The notes: generated by a model from the letters alone, not told the origin. DNA of 64,000 nucleotides from an uncultured Verrucomicrobiae bacterium (GCA_963718565.1 OY970364.1:1696001-1760000); one strand, 5' to 3'; counted from the stretch's first letter, positions 29,971 through 40,650 are shown. Translations and numbers: made by a program.

Positions 29971-30156
29971 TCACTTTTCGCTAAAATGCAAGTACTCTCT
30001 AACTGCCAATAGCATTAAAACACCGGCTCCAACTGCAGAAAGACCTAAACAAAAGCTGACAGCTCCTGTTACATTAAAAGCGAACATTTTAAATGCTGCG
30101 CTAAAGAATAGATAGATTCCCAATAGAATCACGGAAATGATTTTTACAATGCTCAT
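29971..30156 (-). CDS. Small 2-TM membrane protein
   Basis: Paralog of the adjacent 61-aa ORF. Confidence 0.65.
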   Translation of the reverse strand: MSIVKIISVILLGIYLFFSAAFKMFAFNVTGAVSFCLGLSAVGAGVLMLLAVREYLHFSEK

Positions 30157-30185
30157 ATTTACCCTTTATTTATAATTCTCAATTT

Positions 30186-30371
30186 CTATCTTCTAGATTC
30201 TTTTGTAAATCTACCAATGGATATTAAGATAAGCACTCCAGAAGCAACACCCAACAGCTGAACAGTATTGTTTGCTAAAGGTGCAAGAATAACCTCTGAC
30301 ATCGTGGCCAATCCCATTAAAATCAGATAGATGGCCAAAAAAATCATCCCAATCATTTTTATAACGTTCAT
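30186..30371 (-). CDS. Small 2-TM membrane protein
   Basis: GAGGAG RBS; paralog of 29971-30156. Confidence 0.7.
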   Translation of the reverse strand: MNVIKMIGMIFLAIYLILMGLATMSEVILAPLANNTVQLLGVASGVLILISIGRFTKESRR

Positions 30372-30465
30372 ATGCTCCTCAAAAGATTATAGTTATACGG
30401 CGCGCCGTATAAGGTTCACAATTTTCTAATTATCAGAAGCAAACAATTAATGAAAATAAATTTTA

Positions 30466-31635
30466 TTACGAGGGCGGAAGGACGAAGACATGATTCAAAA
30501 GATCGAGATTGCCTGCTGTAGAGACAGCTTCAATTTCATAGGAGGAAGCCCCTTCTTTGGGCGTCTGAATAGCCGAAACAATACCGACGCGAAAGCCGGA
30601 CGGAAAAACTCCATCCAAGCCAGTCGTAACAAGAAGATCCCCTGGCCTCAAGAGAGGCATTAATTCTTTCTTCCGGGGTATCGCATATGGTTCTCCGGAG
30701 CGCAAATTTCGCGCAGGCCCTTCCTCATCCGGAAAATCGCAATTGAACCCTCTTCCTTTCAACACTTGGCTTCGCGAACGCCACAAAGGATGGCTTGTTC
30801 CGTGAATTTCCCCTTTTGCAAGGTAGAAATCTCCAGATTGTTGAAGGAGGACTTTTTTGAGGCGGTCGAGATGCTGATTGAGAGCAGTACTCTCTTCCAT
30901 TGAAGAGAAAAGGTCTTCGCGCAACTCCAATGAAAAAATGAGCGCTTCTAAATGCTCCAAGAGATACCCGTTTTGCTGATTACCTCGACAAGCGCGCACG
31001 GAGGGTGTTAAACGTGAATCGGTGATCAATCGAACTCGAGATTGATGATCTCCGACATACTCGATGACACCGACAATCGACGTGCCTAAGAGAACGGGGC
31101 TATTTTTATCGACGATTTTTTTCCCCAGCCTTTGATTGTCCTTTTCCCCCAAATTGATCCACAAAGTACTGCTCCAAGACGCTGGTTCGCGAAAAATGAC
31201 TGTGGCGGGAAGGGCGCAAATGTGCAGGTCTAGCAAATGACAAAGTTCTCGACTTCGCCTTTTGAAAAACTCTTTCCAAAATATATCATCTAAATTTGTT
31301 TGCAAAAGATGTTTATAGCGGTCGACCTGTTCCTGGATGCGATCCTCATATAACAACCACTGTCTGACATTTTCAATCTGTGAACGCAAAAGTTGATTTT
31401 CTTGAGACAGCCGCTCGATTTCAAAAGTATCGCCTGGAGAATGCCCTGTCCTAAGTAAAGGAAGGGTCAATATAAAAAGCGTCTTTTCTTTTAAGAAGTT
31501 GAGTCCTCTCCAACAAGGAGAGAAAGAGCAGACAACACAAGAGCGAATGCGTTCAGAAGATTCATAAGACAAACTCATCACACAGAAAAAAAAGAGAGTG
31601 AGAAAGAGGTAAGGACGATAGGAGATTCGACGCAT
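30466..31635 (-). CDS. mreC: Rod shape-determining protein MreC
   Basis: Coiled coil LSQENQLLR, ATVIFR, SRVRLITD, GDLLVTTGLDGVFPSG. Confidence 0.85.
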   Translation of the reverse strand: MRRISYRPYLFLTLFFFCVMSLSYESSERIRSCVVCSFSPCWRGLNFLKEKTLFILTLPLLRTGHSPGDTFEIERLSQENQLLRSQIENVRQWLLYEDRIQEQVDRYKHLLQTNLDDIFWKEFFKRRSRELCHLLDLHICALPATVIFREPASWSSTLWINLGEKDNQRLGKKIVDKNSPVLLGTSIVGVIEYVGDHQSRVRLITDSRLTPSVRACRGNQQNGYLLEHLEALIFSLELREDLFSSMEESTALNQHLDRLKKVLLQQSGDFYLAKGEIHGTSHPLWRSRSQVLKGRGFNCDFPDEEGPARNLRSGEPYAIPRKKELMPLLRPGDLLVTTGLDGVFPSGFRVGIVSAIQTPKEGASSYEIEAVSTAGNLDLLNHVFVLPPS

Positions 31636-31640
31636 ATTGT

Positions 31641-32837
31641 TTAACCTGACACAGTTGCGATGGCATTGACAACATCGTCAAGATTTTTTTGATTTAACCC
31701 GCACACATTGATCCTCCCATCGCTTGGCATATAAATGGCATATTCTTTCATCATGCGGTCCACTTGCGCTTTCGTGAGTCCCGTGTAGCAAAACATTCCT
31801 CTTCCTCTTCTAAGATAACTGTAATCAACGTCTCTGCTTTTTCCTGCTAAACGCTCAGCGAGTGCAAGGCGCAGCGTACTGATCCTTTCTCTCATTTCTT
31901 TGACTTCACTTTCCCATTGTTGGCGCAAAGAGGAAGTACTTAATACACAGGCGACCATCTTCGCTCCGTGGAGGGGAGGATTAGAATAATTCACCCGGAT
32001 CATCTGTTTTACACGAGAAGAGACATGTTCTGCAATTCTTGCCGTCTCTGTGACAATAAATAAGCATCCCACTCGCTCCCCGTAAATTGCAAAATTTTTC
32101 GCATTAGAGACCGCAATCAACATTTCTAATCCATTTTTCATGAAATGACGGATAGCTTCAGCATCTTCTTCAATCCCACAAGCAAATCCTTGATAGGCAA
32201 AATCGAAAAAAGCGATCAGCTGTTTTGCCTTAAAAAGAGCACAGAGGGCTTCCCATTGCTCCGAGGTAGGATCGCATCCTGTCGGGTTGTGGCAAGAAGC
32301 ATGCAAAACAACGATTGTTCCAGGAGTTAATTTCTCCAAACAAGTCATTAAATTCTCAAAATCAATCCTGCACCCCTTCGCATCATAGTAAGGGTAGTTC
32401 TCGACTTTCAAACCACAATTGGAAAGTACACCTCGATGATTAGGCCACGTTGGAGTGGAAATATAAATGCCATTTTCCTTTTCTTCTTTGAGAAATGTTC
32501 CACCAATTTTTAATGCTCCCGTTCCTCCGACTGTTTGAAAGGCAGCAATCCGCTCCTTCTCTTTTGACCACACCTCTTTGCCAAAAACAATCGCGCCGAT
32601 AGTCTCGAGATAATGATGGTCACCATCAATCAGTAGATACTCCTTGCTTTTCTCTGAATCTAATAGCAATAACTCCGCAGATTTTACTGAAGCGAGCACA
32701 GGCGTTCTCAAGTCTTCGGTTTTGTAAAGGCCGACACCCAGGTTAATTTTATGTTGGCGAGGGTCCCGATGAAAGGCAATTGTCAGCCCCAAAATAGGAT
32801 CTGGGGAAACTAAGGGAACTTTCTCGAAAAAACTCAT
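31641..32837 (-). CDS. aspC: Aspartate/aromatic amino acid aminotransferase
   Basis: DPILGL, NLGVG, HNPTG, DFAYQGF, PLP lysine in SNAKNFAIYGERVG, GRINVCGL. Confidence 0.92.
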   Translation of the reverse strand: MSFFEKVPLVSPDPILGLTIAFHRDPRQHKINLGVGLYKTEDLRTPVLASVKSAELLLLDSEKSKEYLLIDGDHHYLETIGAIVFGKEVWSKEKERIAAFQTVGGTGALKIGGTFLKEEKENGIYISTPTWPNHRGVLSNCGLKVENYPYYDAKGCRIDFENLMTCLEKLTPGTIVVLHASCHNPTGCDPTSEQWEALCALFKAKQLIAFFDFAYQGFACGIEEDAEAIRHFMKNGLEMLIAVSNAKNFAIYGERVGCLFIVTETARIAEHVSSRVKQMIRVNYSNPPLHGAKMVACVLSTSSLRQQWESEVKEMRERISTLRLALAERLAGKSRDVDYSYLRRGRGMFCYTGLTKAQVDRMMKEYAIYMPSDGRINVCGLNQKNLDDVVNAIATVSG

Positions 32838-32912
32838 GAAATAACCTCTAGCCGTATCTTTTTTAAAGTGGAGCAAAAAGCGCTCCGGTATATATACTGC
32901 CTCAGGGTTTTA

Positions 32913-32985
32913 GGGGCGTTAGCTCAGTTGGTAGAGCGCAACAATGGCATTGTTGAGGTCAGCGGTTCGATCCCGCTACGCTCCA
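32913..32985 (+). tRNA. tRNA-Ala(GGC)
   Basis: GGGGCGT acceptor stem, D-arm AGCTCAGTTGGTAGAGC, anticodon GGC, GTTCGAT T-loop; CCA not encoded. Confidence 0.95.
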
Positions 32986-35158
32986 CACTTCTTTTTTGTT
33001 CTCGCGGATGGGTTCTTTTATAAAATAAGCGCATCTCAGCAAAAGCATCTGCTTTTGGGGCAAAACAGGTACGGCAATTAGGAAGACTTTGCAAAAACTG
33101 TTTTCCATAGTTTTTTGTGATGATCCGATGATCGAGGCAAATGACAGATCCGCGATCATCGCTTTTTCGCATCAGACGGCCAAACCCCTGCTTAAATTTA
33201 ATCACAGCCTGAGGAACTGCATAATCAAAAAAGGGATTCAGACCCTCTTTTTCCAAGGATTGAGCGTAAGCTTCATAAAGCGGGTCGCTGGGCACGAAAA
33301 AGGGGAGTTTGGCAATGATCACACAGCGCAGTGCTTCTCCAGGAACGTCGACTCCTTCCCAAAAGGAATCTGTCGCAAATAGAACGCTGCCTTCCCTTTT
33401 TTTAAACTGGTCGAGTAGAAGATGGCGAGGCAAATCTCCTTGTTTTAAAAATGGGAACATTTGCATCCGATCTGTATTTGCCAGTGCGCGAAAGCAGCTC
33501 TGAAGCATCTCATAAGATGTGAAGAGGACAAAAGCGCTTCCTTTGCTGATCTCAATGGCCTCCGAAATCGCCTTAATGCATTCGGGCAGAAACGCGGAGC
33601 TAGAAGGGAGTGGGAGGTCTGTGGGAACGACGAAAAGAGCTCTCTCTGCATAATTAAAAGGAGAATCGTAGATCTCTTCCTTTAACTTTTTTTCCTGAGC
33701 GGAAAGACCGAGGCGCGATTTTAAATGATGGAATGACCGTGCGGTTGCCATTGTCGCACTGCAGAGGATAGAGGTGTGCAGCTTTGCAAACAATTGCTCA
33801 TTGAGAAAGCCAGAAATATCGAGGGCAGCATCGATGAGGCCAATGTTGCCGCCATTGAACTCCAGCCAGCGCACTCTTTTTTCTTTAGGTTCATCTTGGG
33901 TAAATTGAATTAAAAAGCTTGCCGCTTGTTCAAGTCGCATAGCGATCATCTGAATCTCCAAGAGGTGAACACTGAGTTTTTCGTAACCATTTTTAAGCTC
34001 CTCTAAGTCGGCGAGAATAGCTTTAAGGGCAAGAGAAAGGCGTTTGATCTGTTCAGAGAGCGATAATAATTCCGGGGTCAGTTTATCCTTCCAAAAAGGA
34101 TGTTGCACAATCCCATCCGTCATTCTTCTTTTCACCTCCTTTTCCTTGGGAACCGAATTTTCGTCGAGGATGGTCCCAAAAAAATGAGTGAGCTGGGCAA
34201 ACATTTCTTCGAGTTCGACCTGGCCTATTCTTCTGAGTGCGGGAATTTCGATTTCAAGCTTTTGTAAAAGAATGGGTGGGATCATCGGCATCGTCGCTAG
34301 CGCTTGTTTCAAAAGAGTGAGCCGTGAGCGTTCTGGATGTGTATCCGAATGGAGCCGGGCCAACAGCCGCAAAAAAGCAATCCGATCGAACCTTTGGGCA
34401 AAGCTGTCTAAAGCAATGTCTTCCAAATTGTGCGCTTCGTCAATGACCAAGCGGTGATAAGGGGGAAGAATGGATTCCTGAGCAGGATTTCGACGTCTCT
34501 TTTCAATATCGGCAAGGAGAAGATGATGGTTGACAATCAGGATCTGTGCTTCAGCAGCTTCTTTGCGCGCTTTGAAAAAGAAACAGCGTTTGTAATGGGG
34601 ACAATGCACATGATTGCAAGATTCACCTTCTGCCCCCATTTTCTCCCATGTCGCTGGAGAAACAGGAAAGGGGATGTCGGAGCGGGACCCTTCATCAGTT
34701 TTTTCCGCCCATCGATCAAGCGCCTGCACCTCTTTTGTTTCTTCTGAAGAAAAAAGCAGCGGCTGATCTTGCAATTCTTGAAGCTTTCGCAAACAGAGAT
34801 AATTGCTCATTCCCTTGACAAGGCATGTTTTCACTTCGACATCTAGTGTTCTCAGCAAAAAGGGGATGTCCTTGTGCAAAAGTTGTTCTTGCAGAGCAAT
34901 GGTGTTAGTAGTAATGACGGTCTTTTCTTGATGCTTCAATGCCCAAAAAACTGCGGGAACGAGATAGGCCAGGCTTTTTCCTGTTCCCGTTCCTGCCTCG
35001 ATCAATGCGATATGATTTCCTTCATAGGCTTCAAGGATGCGCTGCGACATCTCTTTTTGGACAGGCCTCTCTTCAAAATCGTTTAATGACCGACTTAAAA
35101 GGCCATCTTGAGAAAAGATCAACCGGAGAAATTGATGTTGCGAATCCTTCTGTTCCAC
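32924..35158 (-). CDS. dinG: DinG/YoaA family ATP-dependent DNA helicase
   Basis: EAGTGTGKS, LQEQL, Fe-S cysteines, DEAH, SATM, FWEGVDVPG, QGFGRL. Confidence 0.9.
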   Translation of the reverse strand: MEQKDSQHQFLRLIFSQDGLLSRSLNDFEERPVQKEMSQRILEAYEGNHIALIEAGTGTGKSLAYLVPAVFWALKHQEKTVITTNTIALQEQLLHKDIPFLLRTLDVEVKTCLVKGMSNYLCLRKLQELQDQPLLFSSEETKEVQALDRWAEKTDEGSRSDIPFPVSPATWEKMGAEGESCNHVHCPHYKRCFFFKARKEAAEAQILIVNHHLLLADIEKRRRNPAQESILPPYHRLVIDEAHNLEDIALDSFAQRFDRIAFLRLLARLHSDTHPERSRLTLLKQALATMPMIPPILLQKLEIEIPALRRIGQVELEEMFAQLTHFFGTILDENSVPKEKEVKRRMTDGIVQHPFWKDKLTPELLSLSEQIKRLSLALKAILADLEELKNGYEKLSVHLLEIQMIAMRLEQAASFLIQFTQDEPKEKRVRWLEFNGGNIGLIDAALDISGFLNEQLFAKLHTSILCSATMATARSFHHLKSRLGLSAQEKKLKEEIYDSPFNYAERALFVVPTDLPLPSSSAFLPECIKAISEAIEISKGSAFVLFTSYEMLQSCFRALANTDRMQMFPFLKQGDLPRHLLLDQFKKREGSVLFATDSFWEGVDVPGEALRCVIIAKLPFFVPSDPLYEAYAQSLEKEGLNPFFDYAVPQAVIKFKQGFGRLMRKSDDRGSVICLDHRIITKNYGKQFLQSLPNCRTCFAPKADAFAEMRLFYKRTHPREQKRSVERSGIEPLTSTMPLLRSTN

Positions 35159-35184
35159 TTCCGGTTTCCTTCAAACCTAAGTTT

Positions 35185-36853
35185 TTATTCCTCTTCGAGC
35201 AAGTCAAGGAATGCTTGCAGTTGCTTTGCACGAGTCGGATGGCGCATCTTGCGCAAAGCTTTTGCTTCGATTTGACGGACACGCTCACGAGTGACTTTGA
35301 AACGCACGCCAACTTCTTCCAAAGTCTTTGGCTTGCCATCGAGCAGTCCAAAACGCTCGATGAGAACTGTGCGCTCACGATCTGTCAAAGTGGACAAGAC
35401 TTCGTTCATTTTATCTTTAAGGATCGCATAGCCTGTCGCTTCTGCTGGAGATTCGATAGCTGTATCTTCAAGAAAGTCCCCGAATTGGCTTTCGCCGCCA
35501 TCGCCGACTTCTGCTTGCAGCGAGATCGGATGCTGCGCAATTTTATAGATTTCGCGGACACGCTCAGGAGTGAGCCCAAGTTCATTTGCGAGCTCTTCAG
35601 GAGTCGGCTCACGGCCTGTTTCCATCATCAGTTTTTTAGCGCCGCGGAGAACTTTGTTGATCGTTTCGATCATGTGCACAGGAATACGGATCGTTCGAGC
35701 TTGGTCAGCGATCGCGCGAGTGACAGCTTGACGGATCCACCATGTGGCATAGGTAGAGAATTTATAGCCGCGGCGGTATTCAAATTTTTCAACCGCTTTC
35801 ATCAGGCCCATATTCCCTTCTTGGATCAAGTCGAGGAAGGAGAGGCCGCGGTTGGTGTATTTCTTTGCAATGGAGATGACAAGGCGTAGGTTGGACTCCA
35901 CCATTTCGCGTTTGGCTTCTTGGCTCTTGTCCATCCAGCGCTGGAGCATGCGGACATCTTTCTTAAACTCGTCGAGAGATCGTCCAGCGGCAAGTTCTCG
36001 TTTGGCAAGCTTTCTCTTGACAGCGAACAAGTTTGGCGGCAGCGAATTTATTTTTTTCGGCACGAGGAGTCAGCTCTTGCATCTCTTTTTCAAGAGTGAG
36101 AAAGCGATCGTAAGCAGTGAGGATCACTTCGCCAAAATCTTCGATGATATTATGGCGGCAATGCATGCGCCGCAGATAGGCTTGCGTGCGGATGCGGCAC
36201 TTTTCGATCTCTTCTGAAATCTTGACTTTGTCGATCTTTTTAGTCTCAGGATCTGTACAGATTGAGGAGCAATTTTTCTAAGATGCGATCTTCTTGCCGG
36301 AGAAGTTGGCAAAGTTTTGGCAGCAAGCTAGAAATACAGATTCTTGTCCGTTACTTCTTTTTCTGCGATGATCTTATCGAAACGTTCTTTACTCGTAATG
36401 AGATAGTTGGCAATCGAGATCGCTTCGCGTGTGGAATAGCGAAAGCGCATGATGATCTTTTCAATTTGAATCTGCGCTTTTTCAATCCTCTTGGAGATCT
36501 CCACTTCTTCTTCGCGCGTCAGAAGAGGGACAGATCCCATTTCTTTGAGATACATCCGGACAGGATCGTCAGAAGTCCCTTCAGGACGTTTAGCAAGCCC
36601 TTCGAGTTCTTTGGCTTCTTTCTTGCGCTCTTTTTGCCGTTCGACTTCTGCTTGGTTGAGAACTTGGATATCCATTCCACTCAAAAAGATCAACACTTGA
36701 TCGATCTGCTCTGCGGAATCGAAAGTCATCGGCAGAATTTCATTGATCTCTTCGTAGGTGATGATACCCTTGCTCTTTCGCAATGGCGACGAGCTCTTCA
36801 ATTTTTTGCTGATGCTGCTGACTAAATAGATTGCTAAAGGACCCTTTTGCCAT
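35185..36853 (-). CDS. rpoD: Primary sigma factor (sigma66/RpoD), split here by several frameshifts
   Basis: Fragments [61 protein letters not shown] lie in different frames; start [21 protein letters not shown] at 36853. Confidence 0.92.
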
Positions 36854-37001
36854 GTTGCTTCCGAAAATTACGAGTGGGTTATACTGGGCGCAGTAACACA
36901 CTCTTGGTCAAACCCGCAAATTCTGGGGAGAAAGTTTCTTATTGTCAAGCGGATCTCTATTTTACTAACATGGCGAAAAATATTTTAAAATTAAAAAAGC
37001 G

Positions 37002-37856
37002 ATGCAACTGTACGCTCTGAAAAATTCCGCGCCAATTTTAGCTTCCAAAGCGGAAAAAAGTAAAGATTATATTTGTCCTGAATGTTTATCCACCGTGCGC
37101 GTCAGAGGCGGGCCCCTCCGCCAACCCCATTTTTATCATCTCTCCCTTCCCAAACAATGCCGCCAACACGAAAAAAGCCAAGAACATATTCAACTACAGC
37201 TAAAACTGCTCGATCTCATTGCATCAGGGGATGCACAGATGGAATGTCAATTCCCCGCTATTGGGCGAATAGCGGACGTCGCTTGGAACGCAAAAAAACT
37301 CGTCTTTGAAATTCAATGTTCTCCAATTCCTCTTGAAGAAGTGCAATGCCGCACGCTCGATTACGCATCGATAGGATACGAAGTCATCTGGATTTTGCAT
37401 GATAAGCAATTTAATCAAAAAAACCTCTCAGCGGCAGAAAGCTTTTTGCGCAATGGCCCTTGCTATTTCACAAATCTCGATAAGATGGGATACGGGATTG
37501 TTTATGACCAATTCGAGGTTCTTAAAAGTAGTAAGCGCCTCTTTAAAGGGCCTCCACTCATCGTATCGCCCGATCTTTTCTTCCGACTGCCCGCAATGGC
37601 CCCTCCTGACATCGCTTTGCCGCAAACGCTGCTCTGCCGTTTTACAAATTGGAAATGCTATATGCAGGGAGATCTGCTGCATTGCCTGTTAAAAGAAGGA
37701 AATTTACCAAGCGCTGTAAAAAAAATGTTGGCAATAGAAAGTCAAATTTTAGAGGAAAACACAAATGGCATGAACCGACTGCCACTCAAAAAACTCGTGG
37801 CGAGCAGCTATCGATTTGCCATCGATTATTTCACAAAAAAGCTCTCAAGTTCTTAG
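37002..37856 (+). CDS. CoiA-like competence nuclease
   Basis: YICPEC, PHFYH, RIADV...FEIQCSPI, VIWIL. Confidence 0.82.
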   Translation: MQLYALKNSAPILASKAEKSKDYICPECLSTVRVRGGPLRQPHFYHLSLPKQCRQHEKSQEHIQLQLKLLDLIASGDAQMECQFPAIGRIADVAWNAKKLVFEIQCSPIPLEEVQCRTLDYASIGYEVIWILHDKQFNQKNLSAAESFLRNGPCYFTNLDKMGYGIVYDQFEVLKSSKRLFKGPPLIVSPDLFFRLPAMAPPDIALPQTLLCRFTNWKCYMQGDLLHCLLKEGNLPSAVKKMLAIESQILEENTNGMNRLPLKKLVASSYRFAIDYFTKKLSSS

Positions 37857-38015
37857 AGTCAGTCCACAAACCTGTTACTTTGATTTTTGATAAATTTTGC
37901 CTTTGGTTTTAATTCGGTTCCGCAGGACATAGTTGATTAACTAGACCAAGGAACCGAATTAAAACCAAAAGCAAAAGGCGCAAAAAGCAACGTAACTAGA
38001 TTTGTGGACTGACTC
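37856..38015. mobile_element. 160-bp palindromic MITE family B
   Basis: GAG...CTC termini flanked by TTA/TTA; core shared with 47491-47650. Confidence 0.8.
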
Positions 38016-38023
38016 TTAGAGGC

Positions 38024-38494
38024 TTATTTGACAGTACCTAACATCATGCTCCTGGCAAAGAAAAAATAGATAAAAACGCCCACTGTCAACAGAGCATGTA
38101 AGCACCGTTTCTGGGGAAACTCTTTTTCTAAGCTGTTATGCGCCGGATTACTTGTCCGATACCAGGTTGTCCTGCTTTTAGACCCGTTGATCCTCATATA
38201 ATTTTCGGCTGCAAATCTATTGAGGAACTGCGGTTTTTCAAAAATTGTCTTACCATGATAGATGACACCTTCAAGCTCGAACTGATAGCAAGCTTCTAAA
38301 GCAAACCGCGAGGAGTTGAGCTCGCAAACCTGCCAATTTAAGATTTTTACTGAACTTTGCGCATTCAAGCGAAAAAATTTCCACATATCGTTTGCAGCAA
38401 TCCCAAAGAACCACAAGGCAATCGCCCCAGAGATCACCGATAAAATAAGCCAAAGACGGTAAAAATGCCGAGCCATGGAAATAAAAATTTTCAC
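38024..38494 (-). CDS. 2-TM membrane protein (DUF3592-like)
   Basis: TM - beta-rich region - TM architecture. Confidence 0.6.
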   Translation of the reverse strand: MKIFISMARHFYRLWLILSVISGAIALWFFGIAANDMWKFFRLNAQSSVKILNWQVCELNSSRFALEACYQFELEGVIYHGKTIFEKPQFLNRFAAENYMRINGSKSRTTWYRTSNPAHNSLEKEFPQKRCLHALLTVGVFIYFFFARSMMLGTVK

Positions 38495-38503
38495 AATTTG
38501 AGT

Positions 38504-38532
38504 TTGACGAATTATGTCAAGCTAGCTATATT
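38504..38532 (+). promoter_or_regulatory. Sigma70/66-type promoter for rpsT
   Basis: TTGACG-17 bp-TATATT about 40 bp upstream of the ATG. Confidence 0.6.
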
Positions 38533-38571
38533 ACTTTCCATTAGAAAAATCCTTAAGGAATAGTTTTTACT

Positions 38572-38871
38572 ATGGCAGAAGAAAAAAAAGAAAACGGGGA
38601 AAAGAAAGCAAAGCAAAAAAGACCGACCGCTTTAAAAAGAGATTTGCAAAGCCAAAAAAGAAATCTGAAGAATCGCTCGTTCAAAGCAAAAGTGAGCTCA
38701 GCAGTGCGTTCTTTTCAAGAATCAATTTCACAGAAAGACTCCGGTGCGGCAAAAACTAAACTTAACGGCGTCTATAGTTTGATGGACAAAGGCGTTAAAA
38801 AAGGGATTTTCAAAACGAATAAAGCAAACCGCGTCAAGTCCCGCCTTCACGCACTGACTCAACGCTCATAG
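38572..38871 (+). CDS. rpsT: 30S ribosomal protein S20
   Basis: ALKRDLQSQKRNLKNRSFK, DKGVKKGIFKTNKANRVKSRL. Confidence 0.93.
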   Translation: MAEEKKENGEKKAKQKRPTALKRDLQSQKRNLKNRSFKAKVSSAVRSFQESISQKDSGAAKTKLNGVYSLMDKGVKKGIFKTNKANRVKSRLHALTQRS

Positions 38872-38963
38872 TCTGAGTTTTTTGAAGAAGATATTTTACC
38901 ACCCGCTTCGCAAGCTCGCTCGAGAGCACAGAGGGGAAATTAAGACCTCATGCGGCGAATTCT

Positions 38964-40430
38964 TTAGTCCTCTCTAGAAAAATTGACTAAAAGAGTGCAA
39001 ATTTCGTCTTCGATCTGTGCTTTGTGTTCGGCAGCTTTTTCCGTAAAGCCATTTTGTAGAATCGAAAAAGCAAGTAATTCGCCATCTTTTGTCGTTAGAT
39101 ACCCTGAAAGAGACGAAATTCCCATCATCGAACCCGTCTTAGCACGAATTTTTCCTTTCATGTTTGAACGAACCATTCTGCGCATCAAAGCCCCATCTGT
39201 CCCTGAAATAGGCAGTGAGGCCATAAATTCGCTGCAGCATGAGAATTGCTGATTCATCCAGCCCAAAAATTCCACAAAATGATGAGCTGAAATTAAATTA
39301 TAGCGAGAAAGACCACACCCATCCATCATCACAATTTGATCCATGTTCACACCCACTGTTTGGGCGAGGAATTCACGGACAGCTTGCGACCCCTTTTTCC
39401 AAGTCCCAGGAGCACCAAATCGTTGCTGGCCCATCTTTTTAAATAAGCAATTTGCAGTGAGGTTATTGGATGATTTCATCATCTCTTCTACGATCAAATA
39501 AAGTGGCCGAGATGTATGCTGAGCAAGAACAACGGCGCCTTTTGGAGTGGCCTTAGTCTCAATCTTACCCTTAAATGCGCATCCAGCCTTTGTGAGAATA
39601 TTTCGAAAAACGTGGGCCGTGTAAAGATGAGGGTCTTCGATAGAAACAGTGTAGTGCTCTGCCTTCCTGTTCGAGGAAATTTTCCCTACAATATCGATGA
39701 TGTTTTCTTTGGCCATCCGGCGCCGCTGAACAGACAAATCACTTTCTCCCTTTGTCGTTTCAGCGCGATTTTCAATGAGAATAAAATCACTTTTAGGATA
39801 CTGATAAACAAGGGGGGGCTCTCCCACTTGTTCAGCTGGCTTTATCCATAGGTCAATACAGCCGCGATTTAAAATTAGCGCATCGTTTGGAGTGCTCCAA
39901 TCATAACCTTTCTCGTCCCAGATCGACCCCGGTCCCTGGCAAATTTCATGGAAAAGAGTATTGTCGACATAGAGGTTCCCTTCAATATGAGTGATGTTCT
40001 GAAGTTTTAATTGAAAAACAAGCTCTTCTAAATCACGGACAGCAAATTCAGGGTCTCCAGAACCTTGTAAATAGAGATTTCCTTTGAGGATCTTTTGTTC
40101 TACTTTTCCATCCGTCAAAAGTTTCGTCTCGAATCGGAAATCAACGCCAAGTTGATGCAAAGCTGCAGCTCCCGTGATCATTTTGAGACAACTGGCAGGA
40201 ACAAAGAGATGGTGAGGATCTTTTCGATACAGTTTTTCTCCATTTTTAAGTGAAACGACTTCAATGCCAATATGCCCATCTGGGGCCGCGTTAAGAATAA
40301 TTCTTTCGATGCCGCTTTGAAGTGAGGTAACCACTTCTTTCGATGAACGTTTGACCTCTTTTGAAATCAAAGTGGAACAGAACATGAAGAAAATCAAGAC
40401 CAATGAAGATTTATATCGGAAGTGATTCAA
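38964..40430 (-). CDS. dacB: D-Ala-D-Ala carboxypeptidase/endopeptidase (PBP4)
   Basis: SxxK (ASCLK), GSGDP, SNN, DGCGLSR, KTG; start placed at TTG 40430 before a signal-peptide-like stretch. Confidence 0.88.
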   Translation of the reverse strand: MNHFRYKSSLVLIFFMFCSTLISKEVKRSSKEVVTSLQSGIERIILNAAPDGHIGIEVVSLKNGEKLYRKDPHHLFVPASCLKMITGAAALHQLGVDFRFETKLLTDGKVEQKILKGNLYLQGSGDPEFAVRDLEELVFQLKLQNITHIEGNLYVDNTLFHEICQGPGSIWDEKGYDWSTPNDALILNRGCIDLWIKPAEQVGEPPLVYQYPKSDFILIENRAETTKGESDLSVQRRRMAKENIIDIVGKISSNRKAEHYTVSIEDPHLYTAHVFRNILTKAGCAFKGKIETKATPKGAVVLAQHTSRPLYLIVEEMMKSSNNLTANCLFKKMGQQRFGAPGTWKKGSQAVREFLAQTVGVNMDQIVMMDGCGLSRYNLISAHHFVEFLGWMNQQFSCCSEFMASLPISGTDGALMRRMVRSNMKGKIRAKTGSMMGISSLSGYLTTKDGELLAFSILQNGFTEKAAEHKAQIEDEICTLLVNFSRED

Positions 40431-40468
40431 AAGCTGAAGTTTTGGCAAGGCGGCTGCGTAAATTTTTT

Positions 40469-40650
40469 GAGGGAATTGCAAAACTCCTCGCCAGCAGAAA
40501 ATCGATGATTTTGGCACTTGTTGCCAGAACACCCACAGCGGGTTCGGTTGGCGGCGGCGAAAGCATACTTGGATAAGTAGGAGAGCCGCCGCCAAGGCGA
40601 CAGGTGCCAAAAGCGCGATTTTATGCGGCGAGGAGTTTTGCAATTCCCTC
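40469..40650. mobile_element. 182-bp MITE family A, full copy upstream of dacB
   Basis: About four substitutions versus the mutY copy; 4-bp TSD TTTT. Confidence 0.92.

Noticed and set aside
34939..35889. 316-aa plus-strand ORF, and the similar ORF at 36262-36825
   Set aside because: Antisense shadows of conserved rpoD codons, with no independent coding evidence.
35185..36853. rpoD split into four or more frames, suggesting pseudogenisation or programmed frameshifting
   Set aside because: The primary sigma factor is essential and the fragments are otherwise highly conserved, so clustered indels are most likely sequencing/assembly errors. Read polishing would confirm.
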